Below, one piece after another: positions 27,236 through 37,735 of a stretch of DNA of 64,000 nucleotides. The stretch spans positions 53,964-117,963 of the IMG/VR virus record IMGVR_UViG_3300024999_000053, one strand, 5' to 3'. The position numbers and the translations under genes were made by a program. Within the stretch, counting starts at the first letter, position 1; each line of letters starts with the position of its first letter. The stretch comes from a virus. The notes below the pieces were generated by a model. The model did not search any database, was not told the DNA's origin, and saw only the letters and a program-made list of their open reading frames with translations.

Positions 27236-27595
27236 ATGGGTAGCCTAAGAAAATATGTTGGCACAAATCTTAGTTCAAAAAATGATACAATTTTAATTGA
27301 TTATGTAAATCAAATGGAAGAACAAGGAATTTCTAATTCACAGTTGGTTAAAACTTGTTTAAAATTTTATATGGATTATTATCCAAAAAAACTTAAACTG
27401 GATGAATTTAATGAGAAAATTACTGATAATATTGTGTCAGGCAATATTAAGGTTTCTGTAAACAGTGTAAATCCAAGAAAGACTAGAAAGAAAAATGAAG
27501 TTGTTGTGGAGCCTGAGCAGTTTGAAGTGGTTATTCCTGATAAAAAGAAGGACAGTATTTTTATTAAAACTATGAATAATCTTATGTCCGAGTGA
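27236..27595 (+). CDS. ParR-like RHH adaptor
   Basis: Directly after parM; D..LIDY.....ISNSQLVK.CL..YM; flexible tail. Confidence 0.65.
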   Translation: MGSLRKYVGTNLSSKNDTILIDYVNQMEEQGISNSQLVKTCLKFYMDYYPKKLKLDEFNEKITDNIVSGNIKVSVNSVNPRKTRKKNEVVVEPEQFEVVIPDKKKDSIFIKTMNNLMSE

Positions 27596-27615
27596 TTAAT
27601 TTGATTTAATTTATA

Positions 27616-27655
27616 AAAACACTATCCAAAATTAACTGGATAGTGTTTATTTTTT
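27616..27655 (+). terminator. Intrinsic terminator after parMR
   Basis: AAACACTATCCA...TGGATAGTGTTT plus T-run. Confidence 0.8.
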
Positions 27656-27711
27656 TCGCTTATTTCATCCGACCCGAACACATAAACATTTTGTCAAAAA
27701 AGATATATACA

Positions 27712-27790
27712 TGTTGATAACTTTTTATGCTATAATATTCCTGTGGATAATTTAATTTATTAGAAGGAGAATTGTATCAACCTGTCGAAT
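27712..27790 (+). promoter_or_regulatory. DnaA boxes and sigmaH-like promoter overlapping a Spo0A box upstream of rep
   Basis: TGTGGATAA 27742-27750, TGTTGATAA 27712-27720; AGGA(27765)-18-GAAT; TGTCGAA 27783-27789. Confidence 0.5.
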
Positions 27791-28047
27791 ATATAACTTA
27801 ATCAAATTAACTCAATAAAATGCAAAAACACCTGACCTCTTGCAAAGATCAAGTGTTTTCTGGCAAAATGTTCTCACCAACATTAAGCTTTTAGTTCTTA
27901 AAGATATTGTACCCTAAGTTTAAGATAGAATCAAGTATAAACTTAGTGAATAATTTAGTAAGATTGCTAAAGTTAGTAGTTGGTGCAGAGATGTACATGC
28001 TACTAACTTTTTTATTGAGTAAGGTTATTAAAATTTAATAGGTAATG

Positions 28048-28128
28048 AAAAAATCTCCTAGTTAGTGCTTGAGTTGTGGCGACACATCACTAAACTAGGA
28101 GACCCCTGAAGACTCGTATTGAATTCTT
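28048..28128 (-). ncRNA. Antisense copy-number control RNA in the rep leader
   Basis: Minus-strand TTTACA-17-TAAAAT promoter with TG (28163-28135); terminator hairpin 28054-28102 followed by U-run; TGGCGAC loop. Confidence 0.65.
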
Positions 28129-28219
28129 TAAGTCATTTTATCATGATTTTAAAAATTTGTAAACAGTCTTCAGCATCGCTACGCTCATTTTTTGAAAATG
28201 CTGAAAGAAGGTTTTAATC

Positions 28220-28933
28220 ATGGATCTAATTATTCCTAACGAATTACCAATTGTTGTTCAACCTACTGTAGTTAATGTTTTTGGTCAGACCCAAGCTGAA
28301 TTATTATCTCGTTTAAAATACTGGATGAATAGAGCAACTAAATATCGTGATGGTTTTCTATGGGTTTATAAGACTGTAAATGATTGGGCCTTAGAACTCA
28401 ATAAATCAGTCAAGACGATTCAAAGAGCAATTAAGGATTTAGAGAATAAGAAAGTTCTTATCTCAGAACAATTTGAATCTAAAGATTGGTATCATGGAAA
28501 ATCATATAGAATTGATTTAGATGTATTGTATAAATTATTAGGTGTGCCTAAACCTGTGGATAAAAAAAGACAAGATGTCCAAGAAGTTGAACAAAATGTC
28601 TCAATCATTACACCTATACCATCAATATCTAATTCTGTATGTATGGATTCTAAAAATTATGATTGTCAAAAAGAAGAATTTTGGAAAGATGAAGATTGGC
28701 CTTTGGTGAAGATATTAGGTGATTGTCGAGTAGATCCAGATTCCAATTTCGGTGTAACAATAGGTAAAATCTGTAAGGAATTAAAAGTATCATCAGACCA
28801 ATTGAAAGAAGCACTTTCAATATTATTTAATGCGAAATTTCATATTAAGAATCCATTTGGTTTCGTTAAAAAAGTTCTTAGAGATTTTGTTTCAGGAGAA
28901 AGTGCCTATTTTAATTATCATTATCAATCATGA
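28220..28933 (+). CDS. Plasmid/phage replication initiator with N-terminal wHTH
   Basis: A.LLS.L.YW, DG..WVYKT..DWA.EL..S.KTIQRAI..LE; internal DnaA box 28555-28563 and ACAA.ATGTC repeats; I.NP.GF tail. Confidence 0.75.
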   Translation: MDLIIPNELPIVVQPTVVNVFGQTQAELLSRLKYWMNRATKYRDGFLWVYKTVNDWALELNKSVKTIQRAIKDLENKKVLISEQFESKDWYHGKSYRIDLDVLYKLLGVPKPVDKKRQDVQEVEQNVSIITPIPSISNSVCMDSKNYDCQKEEFWKDEDWPLVKILGDCRVDPDSNFGVTIGKICKELKVSSDQLKEALSILFNAKFHIKNPFGFVKKVLRDFVSGESAYFNYHYQS

Positions 28934-29166
28934 AAGGATATGTTGAAATGCAAAGACAAAAAACATGGGAACTTAAAGAATGTCAAGATTCATATCAAGA
29001 ATTAATTGATTCAGTCGAATCAGAAGAAATTCAAGTAAGTGAAAGAATGAAAGTTATTGCTAAAGAAATAGCAATAACTTCATATTTGAATAATTTAGAA
29101 CCTAATTTAGAAAATTTCAAGAATAGAGTTGTTAGAGAAAATAGAGTTATGAATCATAATTATTAG
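28930..29166 (+). CDS. Hypothetical protein coupled to rep
   Basis: ATGA overlap with rep stop. Confidence 0.5.
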   Translation: MKGYVEMQRQKTWELKECQDSYQELIDSVESEEIQVSERMKVIAKEIAITSYLNNLEPNLENFKNRVVRENRVMNHNY

Positions 29167-29181
29167 ATTTATTAATTAATA

Positions 29182-29553
29182 TCAACCCTCCACAATATCA
29201 ATGAAAAATTCACCTTGACTATTACCTAATTTTCCATCCATTCGACCAAACAGCAATTGTCCACCATTACTATATTTTACAGAACTAACATTTTCACCAC
29301 AACATTCGCATTTCATATCCTTTGTCATAAATAATCCATCATGTGTGGCATCAGGAAACATATCTTTAATAATTTCATTAAATGTTATAATTACTTCTGC
29401 TTTTGCTTTTTCAATTGATGAGTAATATTCAGGTTTTGCAAAAACTCCAGATTCATCTTCATTATTATTTAATTGCACTCCAAATCTCACTTGGTATTTG
29501 ATGTTGTTAGTATTAGTGGTATTTTTACATTTGAATTGTTTAATTTTACTCAT
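29182..29553 (-). CDS. Hypothetical protein
   Basis: GAAGGA RBS, last gene of long minus-strand operon. Confidence 0.6.
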   Translation of the reverse strand: MSKIKQFKCKNTTNTNNIKYQVRFGVQLNNNEDESGVFAKPEYYSSIEKAKAEVIITFNEIIKDMFPDATHDGLFMTKDMKCECCGENVSSVKYSNGGQLLFGRMDGKLGNSQGEFFIDIVEG

Positions 29554-29585
29554 TTTTTCCTTCTTTCATTGCTTTATTTTTATTA

Positions 29586-30011
29586 TTAACATCCATTCTC
29601 ACAAACTAAATACCTTTCTGATTCTCTTTTTGATCCCCCATATCTCCTCGTATTCCACCTTTAGAACAAGATTTCCTCTCGACATTCAGGACAAATTCCC
29701 TCTTGTTTGCAATATTTTTCATTTTCTGTTTCAAGATAGTCATAGAATGCATTTTCATCCAGTATTTCTATAATTGGTATTTCTTTATTAATAAACTTAA
29801 TCCATATGTCATTTGAAACATCGTACTCAAGGAAGTTTTCAATGTCATTATCATCATTGCTTTTATTGCGTTCAGATTTTTTAACATTATTTTTTAATGA
29901 TTGATTATACATATAATCTGCATAATCATTGCATGGGAAATTACAAGAACTATTCTTTGCCCTATCGCACATATTACACATTTTATGTATTTCCTTATAA
30001 TCTTCCTTCAT
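29586..30011 (-). pseudogene. Cys-rich hypothetical protein with frameshifted C-terminus
   Basis: CPEC followed by out-of-frame GNLVLKVEYEEIWG and SKRESERYLVCENGC*. Confidence 0.45.
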
Positions 30012-30049
30012 TTATTTCTCCTTTATTTATTATATAGTAATTTGTTTTA

Positions 30050-30477
30050 TTAAATATTTGGCAAGTAATAATCAACGATATATCTTACTGCTTCTTCTAA
30101 TGTTTCGCATCTTTTTGTAATACACAATTCCATCCAAGGATGACTTTTATTTTTACCAAATCCAATAACTGGCTTATCCCATACATCATGTGCCATACAA
30201 ATTTCCATTGCAGTGCCAATACTATCAGAAAAATCAAGATTTACTATAGTTAAATCGCTTCTTTTTACCATTTGTAAGTCAAATTTTTAACTTCTGATTC
30301 GGTATATGTATTTGGATTCATTTCAAAATTATAATATCCCACAGGATTGATTGTGTGTATTTGATTATCAGAAGATATTCTTAGTAATCTTTCTGCTTTT
30401 AATCTCCAAGAATTCATTTCTTCTAATGTTAGTCCACTCATTTTTCCTGCTATGTAAATGGTAAATTTATTATTCAT
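30050..30477 (-). pseudogene. Nucleoside 2-deoxyribosyltransferase-like gene split by a single-base deletion
   Basis: IYIAGKM, INP, then D..MVKRSD.TIVNL..SIGTAME; adding one A near 30285 fuses both ORFs. Confidence 0.75.
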
Positions 30478-30480
30478 TTA

Positions 30481-31050
30481 TCAACATTCTCCAATCTTCT
30501 CTAAAATATATTCTACACAAAGCTCAAAATCATAGTTTTTAACCATATAATCTACTTCTTGATTGACTATTTCATATGTGAATTTTTCTTCATCATCTGA
30601 TTTCCTTCTATTCCATTCCGTTTGATCAAATCCATCCCTATTAATTGCTCTTTGTTTTCTAGTTGGTTCATTTACATCAATGAAAAATGATATGATATTG
30701 TCTTTGAAATATTTCTTGAGTTCGATTAATCCTAACAAATCGAGGACTACTATGTAACTATGTTTTGATAAATCAATGCTGTTTTTGCTGACTCCATAAA
30801 ACCATGTGTCTTTTTCCCCTCCAACTAAGGTATTGTATTTTCTACATTCAATAAATTCTTCTTTCTCAATCATATCTTCAAATTGTTTTCTTGTAATGAA
30901 ATGATACGGATTCCCTTCTGATTCATTGGGACGCATACTTCTAGAAGTATGCGATACTACCATAGAATAATTGTAATTATCTGATATATATTTTGTGATT
31001 GTATCTTTACCAGCCCCACTAAAAGCACAAATTACTACAAGGTGATTCAA
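30481..31050 (-). CDS. gmk: Guanylate kinase
   Basis: FSGAGKDT, SHTSRSMRPNE..G..YHF, WFYG. Confidence 0.9.
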   Translation of the reverse strand: MNHLVVICAFSGAGKDTITKYISDNYNYSMVVSHTSRSMRPNESEGNPYHFITRKQFEDMIEKEEFIECRKYNTLVGGEKDTWFYGVSKNSIDLSKHSYIVVLDLLGLIELKKYFKDNIISFFIDVNEPTRKQRAINRDGFDQTEWNRRKSDDEEKFTYEIVNQEVDYMVKNYDFELCVEYILEKIGEC

Positions 31051-31051
31051 A

Positions 31052-31678
31052 TTACTTCACCTCGATATCATCAAAAATTACAGGTATTTTACTTTTTAAT
31101 TCTTCTAATAGCATAATAGCAACTTCACGCATTTGTGGGTGTGCTACCTTTGCTGTTCTTAATCTAAAGAAGTGTCTTAATTCTCTAAGATTCATAGTAA
31201 CAACAATTTCGGTCTTTAATGAATTAGGCAATACTGAACGTGCTTCTTGAGGACTTGCTCCTAATGCTAGTAATTCAAAATATGTAATTTCTGCTTGTAA
31301 ACATCCAATTCTCCAAGATTGATATAATTTAGAATCCTCATCCCAAAACAAAGGTTTAATAACTGTAATTTCTTTACCAAATTTCTCTTGATTATAATTA
31401 CAATATCTGGTGCTTTCTTGAGCATAGGAAGCAATTCTATGTCTCACAATTTCATGTGTAACGCCTCTATCGCAGATGAACTTAACTGAGATATTAAAAT
31501 GTTCAATCATAGCCTCATGGCCTCTTTTAATTAGGTCTGCAACGAATTTTTTAGATGAGTCTGGAGTAATTTTGTCTTCACTTTTATAACAGGTTCTTCC
31601 TACTATTTCAATATGTTTAAGAATTTCATATCCATTGACTTGATCTAATATTTCTACACTTGCATTAATAATTTTCAT
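31052..31678 (-). CDS. thyX: Flavin-dependent thymidylate synthase
   Basis: GHEAMIEH, RGVTHEIVRHRIASYAQESTRY, ARSVLP, AHPQMR. Confidence 0.97.
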   Translation of the reverse strand: MKIINASVEILDQVNGYEILKHIEIVGRTCYKSEDKITPDSSKKFVADLIKRGHEAMIEHFNISVKFICDRGVTHEIVRHRIASYAQESTRYCNYNQEKFGKEITVIKPLFWDEDSKLYQSWRIGCLQAEITYFELLALGASPQEARSVLPNSLKTEIVVTMNLRELRHFFRLRTAKVAHPQMREVAIMLLEELKSKIPVIFDDIEVK

Positions 31679-31704
31679 TTAATTATTCCTTCTTTCATTT
31701 TTAA

Positions 31705-32205
31705 TTAAAATTTAATCTTATCATATATCCCTTTAAACCTATAAATGCATTGATGTCTATGGGTACATTCTCCACAATTTCTATGATAAAAATCTAACTG
31801 CGAGTAGCATGATAAACGGTTCTTATAAGGAACATATCCATTTTCAATAACTTTTAATTCTTCATCTGACATTTCAACATTGTCTTCTGATTCATTTTCA
31901 TTTTGTGATAATTCTAATTCATATTGTTCAGGGGTTCTTAAAAAACCATAAACAACAGATTCAATTATCTTTCCATCATCAAACTTTACAATATAATAAT
32001 CTGTAGTTTTCTTTTTCATGTTTCTTTTTATAATAGTACATTCCAGACCTCTATAGTCACTAACCAATCCTAAAAATATAACTCTATCATCTATATTAAA
32101 TTCATATTCTTTTACAATAGATGATGTTTCATCATATTTATCTTGCTTTTTAGGCTTGCTTGATGTTTGACTTAATAAACTTTTACCCTTCGCTATAACT
32201 TTCAC
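31705..32205 (-). CDS. Hypothetical protein with SH3/KOW-like domain
   Basis: FNIDDRV...G....I....YYIVKFDDG; TTGACT-17-TATAAT promoter at 32279-32251. Confidence 0.55.
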   Translation of the reverse strand: MKVIAKGKSLLSQTSSKPKKQDKYDETSSIVKEYEFNIDDRVIFLGLVSDYRGLECTIIKRNMKKKTTDYYIVKFDDGKIIESVVYGFLRTPEQYELELSQNENESEDNVEMSDEELKVIENGYVPYKNRLSCYSQLDFYHRNCGECTHRHQCIYRFKGIYDKIKF

Positions 32206-32309
32206 ATCCTTTACAATTTATTTACTTCATATGTATTCCTTCCAAAAATAATTATATCTCAATTCATTCACAAAGTCAAAATAATTATTTATGTATTTGT
32301 ACTTACAAA

Positions 32310-33762
32310 TCAATACTGAGTAAAACCAATAACCCTATCATCCACCCAATTGTCACCTTCTGGCAAATAAATATTAATCAATGCATCTTCATTGCGATGC
32401 ATACTTAAACAATTATTATCAAATGCATCAATTTCAAATTTTTCAAAATAAATTTTTATATTTTCATTAATGGTTAAAATATCAAAACAACTATTGCTTT
32501 GAATTCTAGCATCATTTATAACCAATTTAATTTTAGATAACAAATTGCCATCTGATGCTGATTCAATTGTAATGGGTTTATTTAATGTTTTTGCCATAAA
32601 AAATTCTAAATCAAAATCTTTCATTATGTAATTCCTCCTATTCTACTTCAGAAACCTTTTTCATCTCTAAGTCATTAGGGATAAACACAATTTTACCAGT
32701 AATATCATTTCTAATCATTTCTGCTAATTCTGCAATGTATTGAGGACGATATTTAATTTGATCATATCTGAATAATAAAAACTCATTTTCTTTTAGATTT
32801 ACAGTTTGAATATTGTCAATAATATATTTAATTTTCTTTTTATTTTGTCTTTTATTCATATTTCATTCCTCCTCAAATTTGCCATATATAAGCCTTCGTA
32901 AATCAATCCTCAACACAATCTTCTCACCCTAACAAAATTAAAACTCATTCTACACACCATTCTGTCGCTCACAAAGCATTTCTACTTCAATAAGTCAGGT
33001 TCATTTAATAAATCATGAGCGACCTTAATGATTTGTCTCAAAATAATATCACACTCGTTAAAATCTTTACCTTTAAAATCTGTAATTAAAAATTCCATCA
33101 TTCTGTCATAATGTTTTGCCTCAAGTTCTTTATTTGTTAAAATTTCTTTGTTTAATATATTTACATTATTTCTCATATTAATCAATCTCCTTTAAGTTTA
33201 TTTATTTATTTCATAAAATGTTGGCAAAGTGAAATAAGAATTATATTTTCTATTGCTTATTTCACTTTGCATTTTAATTCATGTTTATGTAACGACAATC
33301 TTTCTTATAAATAATGGTCGAGTTTCAAATCTTCTGGTGCTAGTAGGGTCGTAACAACTGCATTTATTACATGGACAATTTATACAGTCAGTAATAGAAC
33401 CAAAATATTCTAAACTCATTTTTGAAAATTTCCAATTTACACAATCTGTACAGGTAATACGTTCATCTTTATCCATGATAATCACATCCTTTCTTTAATA
33501 TTATTTAGATTTTTTTACAACATTATCTTAAACCTAATTCTCTTTGCAACATACTAACTTCACCTTCTAATTCAAAGATTTGCTTTTGCAATTCTTCTCT
33601 TGTATCACCATAGTTTAACTCATTATCTAATTCCTCAAATAAATTATCTAATTCTTCACCTTTAAGATAAATTGAAGAAAACCCATCAAATTCTACAATC
33701 CTATCTCTATTGTTTTGATATGGATTAATAATTTTTATATCCATTTTATTTCTTCCTTTCAT
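32310..33762 (-). CDS. Five small hypothetical genes (32310-32624, 32638-32859, 32982-33185, 33285-33485, 33523-33762)
   Basis: Co-oriented ORFs with GGAG/AAGGA-type RBS. Confidence 0.55.
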
Positions 33763-33972
33763 ATCCGATAAATTTTATCTTCTATTTGCCGAACTCCTCA
33801 TATGTTTCCCAAATCATGTCTATTACATCTCTCCGTATTTCTTCTTCGCTATAACCAGAACTGAGTACACCTTTTCATTTATTTTTGTAATTAAAAACTC
33901 AATAAAACCTCTTATTCCTATAGACATTTTATATCCCCCTTTTCTAATTATCCTTAAAACATTTCTTTAAAG

Positions 33973-34215
33973 CTAATAATTTTTATGCTGTATGTCTTCA
34001 TCTTTTATATTAAATCTGTTTTTAATTACATCTAACATTAGAAAAGAATGTGCAAGTTCTTCAGTTAAATCGTCTATTGAGAATTTTTTACTACATCTTA
34101 GAAATCTTGTTAATACTTTTGTAACTTCACTCATTTCCTCAATTGTACAATAAATAGCATCATTTATGTCTTTTTCGGTTTCCAATCTTTTTTGAAGTGT
34201 TTTTAATTCTTTCAT
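33973..34215 (-). CDS. MazG-like NTP pyrophosphohydrolase
   Basis: IEEMSEV...LTEELAH helical motif; C-terminus probably frameshifted. Confidence 0.6.
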   Translation of the reverse strand: MKELKTLQKRLETEKDINDAIYCTIEEMSEVTKVLTRFLRCSKKFSIDDLTEELAHSFLMLDVIKNRFNIKDEDIQHKNY

Positions 34216-34267
34216 TGATTTTATTCCTTTCTTTTTTAATACAACGAAATAGGTTTTTCGAGGGATA

Positions 34268-36260
34268 TTATTTTTCTGCTTTATACATATCTACTAATTC
34301 TGATCTAAATAAGTCTAATTTTTTTAAAGCATATTCTAATAATTCCCCATCTTCAAAATCTTCTTCTCTACAATATTTACAACTCCTATAAACATCGCTG
34401 TCTTTATTCTCTTCTTCGTTTCTCCATCCATCTTCTTCAGCACATTCATCTGAACACCATTTTCTACCGCAATCACAACTTACATAATAACCACATTCAC
34501 AAGTTGACTCACCACATACATCGCAATCAAAGAAATCTACACTCATTTTAATTTCCTTCTTTCTTTTATTTCTAAAACAACTTTTTAGCATCTTCAACGA
34601 CTAATTTATTTTGATAAATTTTCTCAAAACCATTCTTTAATTCTGGAAGAAAATAGTGTGTTTGTGGATAAGTTGTTTTCAATTCAAAATTACCTTCTGC
34701 ATAATCAATAAAGTCCAAATATTTTTTAATAAAATTAGAATCACAATTATCAAAACATGTATTTATAAAAAATTTTGTATTTACAATTTCTGCTATTGAT
34801 TTTAAGAATAACATTATTGAATCAGTAAGTTCCTCATTTGTTTCTATTCTATCTGGATTTTCTTGTTTAGTTTTATTTACGTATTCGGTTATTTCACCAT
34901 ATGCTTTCTGATAACCATTAATTTCTCCTTTCTCAAAACCAATATTATATCCTTCGGTTTGACCATTTTTAAATCCTAGTTTTTGTCCAGTCTCTGCTCC
35001 TTTAGCGTACCCTTGGTCATATCCTAATTGTAATATTTTGTTGTAAAATTTAGAGATAGGATTGAATATTGTAATCAACTCCTTAATTTAATCTCATTCC
35101 CCAACACTTATATTCTTTTTTATTCATCTCGTTTCCATTTAATAATACATTTATGTAATTATCATCTAGAATTTCTGTGACAATTCCCATTTTATGATTG
35201 TAATAAACCTCATCATCAATTTTAAAATCAAAATCAGTTAAATAGTAATTTAGATAATTATATCTCTCACAAAATTTATTTAATTCATCATATGTAATAA
35301 TTTCACACTTTTTATTATATTGGTTAAAAGAAAAAGTAATTGTTGTTTGTGATAATTCGAATATATACTTTTCTAGTTTACTGTCAGTTTCTCTTTTAAT
35401 ATCTAAAATTTCTAAATCAAATTTCTTTCTGAAGTTTTCTATAACCGTGAAAATAGAATCAATTGATCTCATAGCATGATAATCATTATTCATTTCAATG
35501 GTTTCGTTAAACATTTCCCATCTTCCTTTCTTAGTTTGGATAATCATTATTTCTTGGATTATATCACATCTTTTCTTATATATTCATTAATAATACTCTT
35601 TAAATCACTCTCAATTTCATTATTCCAAAACCAAATAGGAGTATTAAATTTAACTTCACAATAATCATATCTTTCACACCACTCACAATCATGCATAGAC
35701 TGAGCAGTACCTAGTGGTTCATGTTCTATATTACCTTGATTGATGTAATAATTACATCCAGACCATTTATAGTTCTTTTCTTGTGGGTGATGATTAAAAT
35801 AATCGGCATTAATGGCATCTAACTCTTCTTGTGTGGTAATTTTATATAATTTCAATATTAATTTTCTCCTTTTTTGATTTATTTAATTTTCAAATTTTTC
35901 TTTAAGTTTTAAATATATCTCATATTCTTTATCAACTTCACTCTTTATCTCCCTATTCCAACATTCGCTACAGATTCTATATTCTTTAAGAAATTCTTTT
36001 TCAAATTGTTCTTTGCTATCATAATCTTCTAATTTAATAGTTTCATGATTTGCTTCTTGATATTTACATTCACCTTTTTTATTCTTTGATTTGAAGGCTA
36101 TTTCAAATCCTGTGCCAATTAAACAGTCAAAATACATAGGACAATAATCATAAATTAATAATTTGTCTCCTAAATCATTTTCTCCACTTCTCCATTTTAG
36201 AAAGTCTGATTCTTTATCATTCGCAAGGACATATTCCCATAGTTTTATTTCAATCACCAT
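34268..36260 (-). CDS. Hypothetical genes: Cys-rich 34268-34546, GxxxG-repeat (Yae1/FliH-like) 34572-35078, 35083-35514, 35559-35855, 35883-36260
   Basis: Tightly packed co-oriented ORFs with RBS; GYDQGYAKGAETGQKLGF repeat. Confidence 0.6.
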
Positions 36261-36266
36261 TCTTTC

Positions 36267-36944
36267 CTACAATAAAATTCCAACACTAAAATCAGCATAA
36301 TATGTTATTGTTCCTTGTTTATTATCTTCACACCATTTGTCTAATAATGATTGAAGTTCTTTTTGGTCTTCATCTGAGATATTGTCCATAGCATCTTCAT
36401 GTAAATCACTACAAGCATCTTCAATAATATCAGAGGCATCAATAGATAATTCCATTATATATGTGCCATAAATCCACAAATCACATTTAGATATATAATC
36501 ATGCTCTTCTAAATATTCTTCTATTTCTTCAGGAGATAAATATTTATCATAATTATCAATATAGACCATTTCATAATCTTTGCATGCTTGTTCATATGAT
36601 ATTTTCGTTGCTTTATTCCATACTTCTAAATCTTTTTGCCATAATTCCTCTTCTCTTTTCCATCTTGCTTCATCGCAATTACATTGTGATGTACCTCTAT
36701 CAAGAATTTCTCCACAATGTAAGCATTTACTTTGCACTCCATTATAACAATGATTACAACCTACAATAGTTTGTTGTTTATATGGAAAATGAATTTTACT
36801 ATTTTCTTCTTTAAGGCCAAAAGGACTATCATCTACTTGAAGCCCTGTGCCTCCACAGTGAGAGCAGATAACTTCATGTTCTTGTAAGTCTTTTTGGAGT
36901 TTTAGGTTGAATGATACATCAATTTGTTCAGTTCTTATTGTCAT
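36267..36944 (-). CDS. Phage protein with DnaJ-type CxxCxGxG zinc finger
   Basis: CSHCGGTG, CNHCYNG, CLHCG. Confidence 0.65.
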   Translation of the reverse strand: MTIRTEQIDVSFNLKLQKDLQEHEVICSHCGGTGLQVDDSPFGLKEENSKIHFPYKQQTIVGCNHCYNGVQSKCLHCGEILDRGTSQCNCDEARWKREEELWQKDLEVWNKATKISYEQACKDYEMVYIDNYDKYLSPEEIEEYLEEHDYISKCDLWIYGTYIMELSIDASDIIEDACSDLHEDAMDNISDEDQKELQSLLDKWCEDNKQGTITYYADFSVGILL

Positions 36945-36964
36945 TTATTTATTTTACTCCTTTA

Positions 36965-37690
36965 TTATTTAATTTGAATCAATTTATTCCATGTTGTAAT
37001 AAACATCCTAGGCAATATAGTATAATCAGCAAACCCATATAATCCACAAGAGAAAAAATCGTGGCATTCAATAATAAAAGTCCCATTTTCATTATTAATA
37101 CCGACATCTAAGGTATATGCAGAATTTTCATCATAATTCCAATGATTATTTGCAATTATCATTTCTTCCATGAGTTTAATGTCAGGAAATAATGTGAAAT
37201 CCCCAGCATAATTTTGTAATCCTACTAATTTATCATTATATATAAATGCTCTCCATTCAGATTGAATATTAATTAATTCGGACAGCATAAAATTACCTGC
37301 AGGTAGAATACTCCCATGATTTAAAATATCTGTAAAACCTTTAATTTTATCATCTGATTTAACAAACCATTTCTTTTTAAGTGGTTCTTTGTGGTTGTTT
37401 ACAGTAATAATTTCACGTTTTGTAAAATGTTTATTCCTTAAATTAATAGGTATATTTAATGGTTTAACATTTTTAATACCATGAAAATCAGATAAAAATT
37501 CTTGAACAAATTCCACAGAACCTATAGGAATATAATTTAAGGCATTGAATCCTATCATTTCGTTAACTAAATCATAATCATATATTCTTTCATTCTGAAA
37601 CCAATTATTATATTTAATAGCTTCAATTAAGTGAAATGAAAAATCATGAGTAATTTCTTTATTAATTGTTTGTATTAAAAATCTTTTCAT
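36965..37690 (-). CDS. ATP-grasp (R2K-like) protein
   Basis: PIGSVEFV, FVKS..KIK, SEWRAFI, AYTLDVG, IIE.H.FFSCGLYG. Confidence 0.8.
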   Translation of the reverse strand: MKRFLIQTINKEITHDFSFHLIEAIKYNNWFQNERIYDYDLVNEMIGFNALNYIPIGSVEFVQEFLSDFHGIKNVKPLNIPINLRNKHFTKREIITVNNHKEPLKKKWFVKSDDKIKGFTDILNHGSILPAGNFMLSELINIQSEWRAFIYNDKLVGLQNYAGDFTLFPDIKLMEEMIIANNHWNYDENSAYTLDVGINNENGTFIIECHDFFSCGLYGFADYTILPRMFITTWNKLIQIK

Positions 37691-37735
37691 TTAATTTTTC
37701 CTTTCCTTTCTTTTAGTTATTATAACATAAATTTA

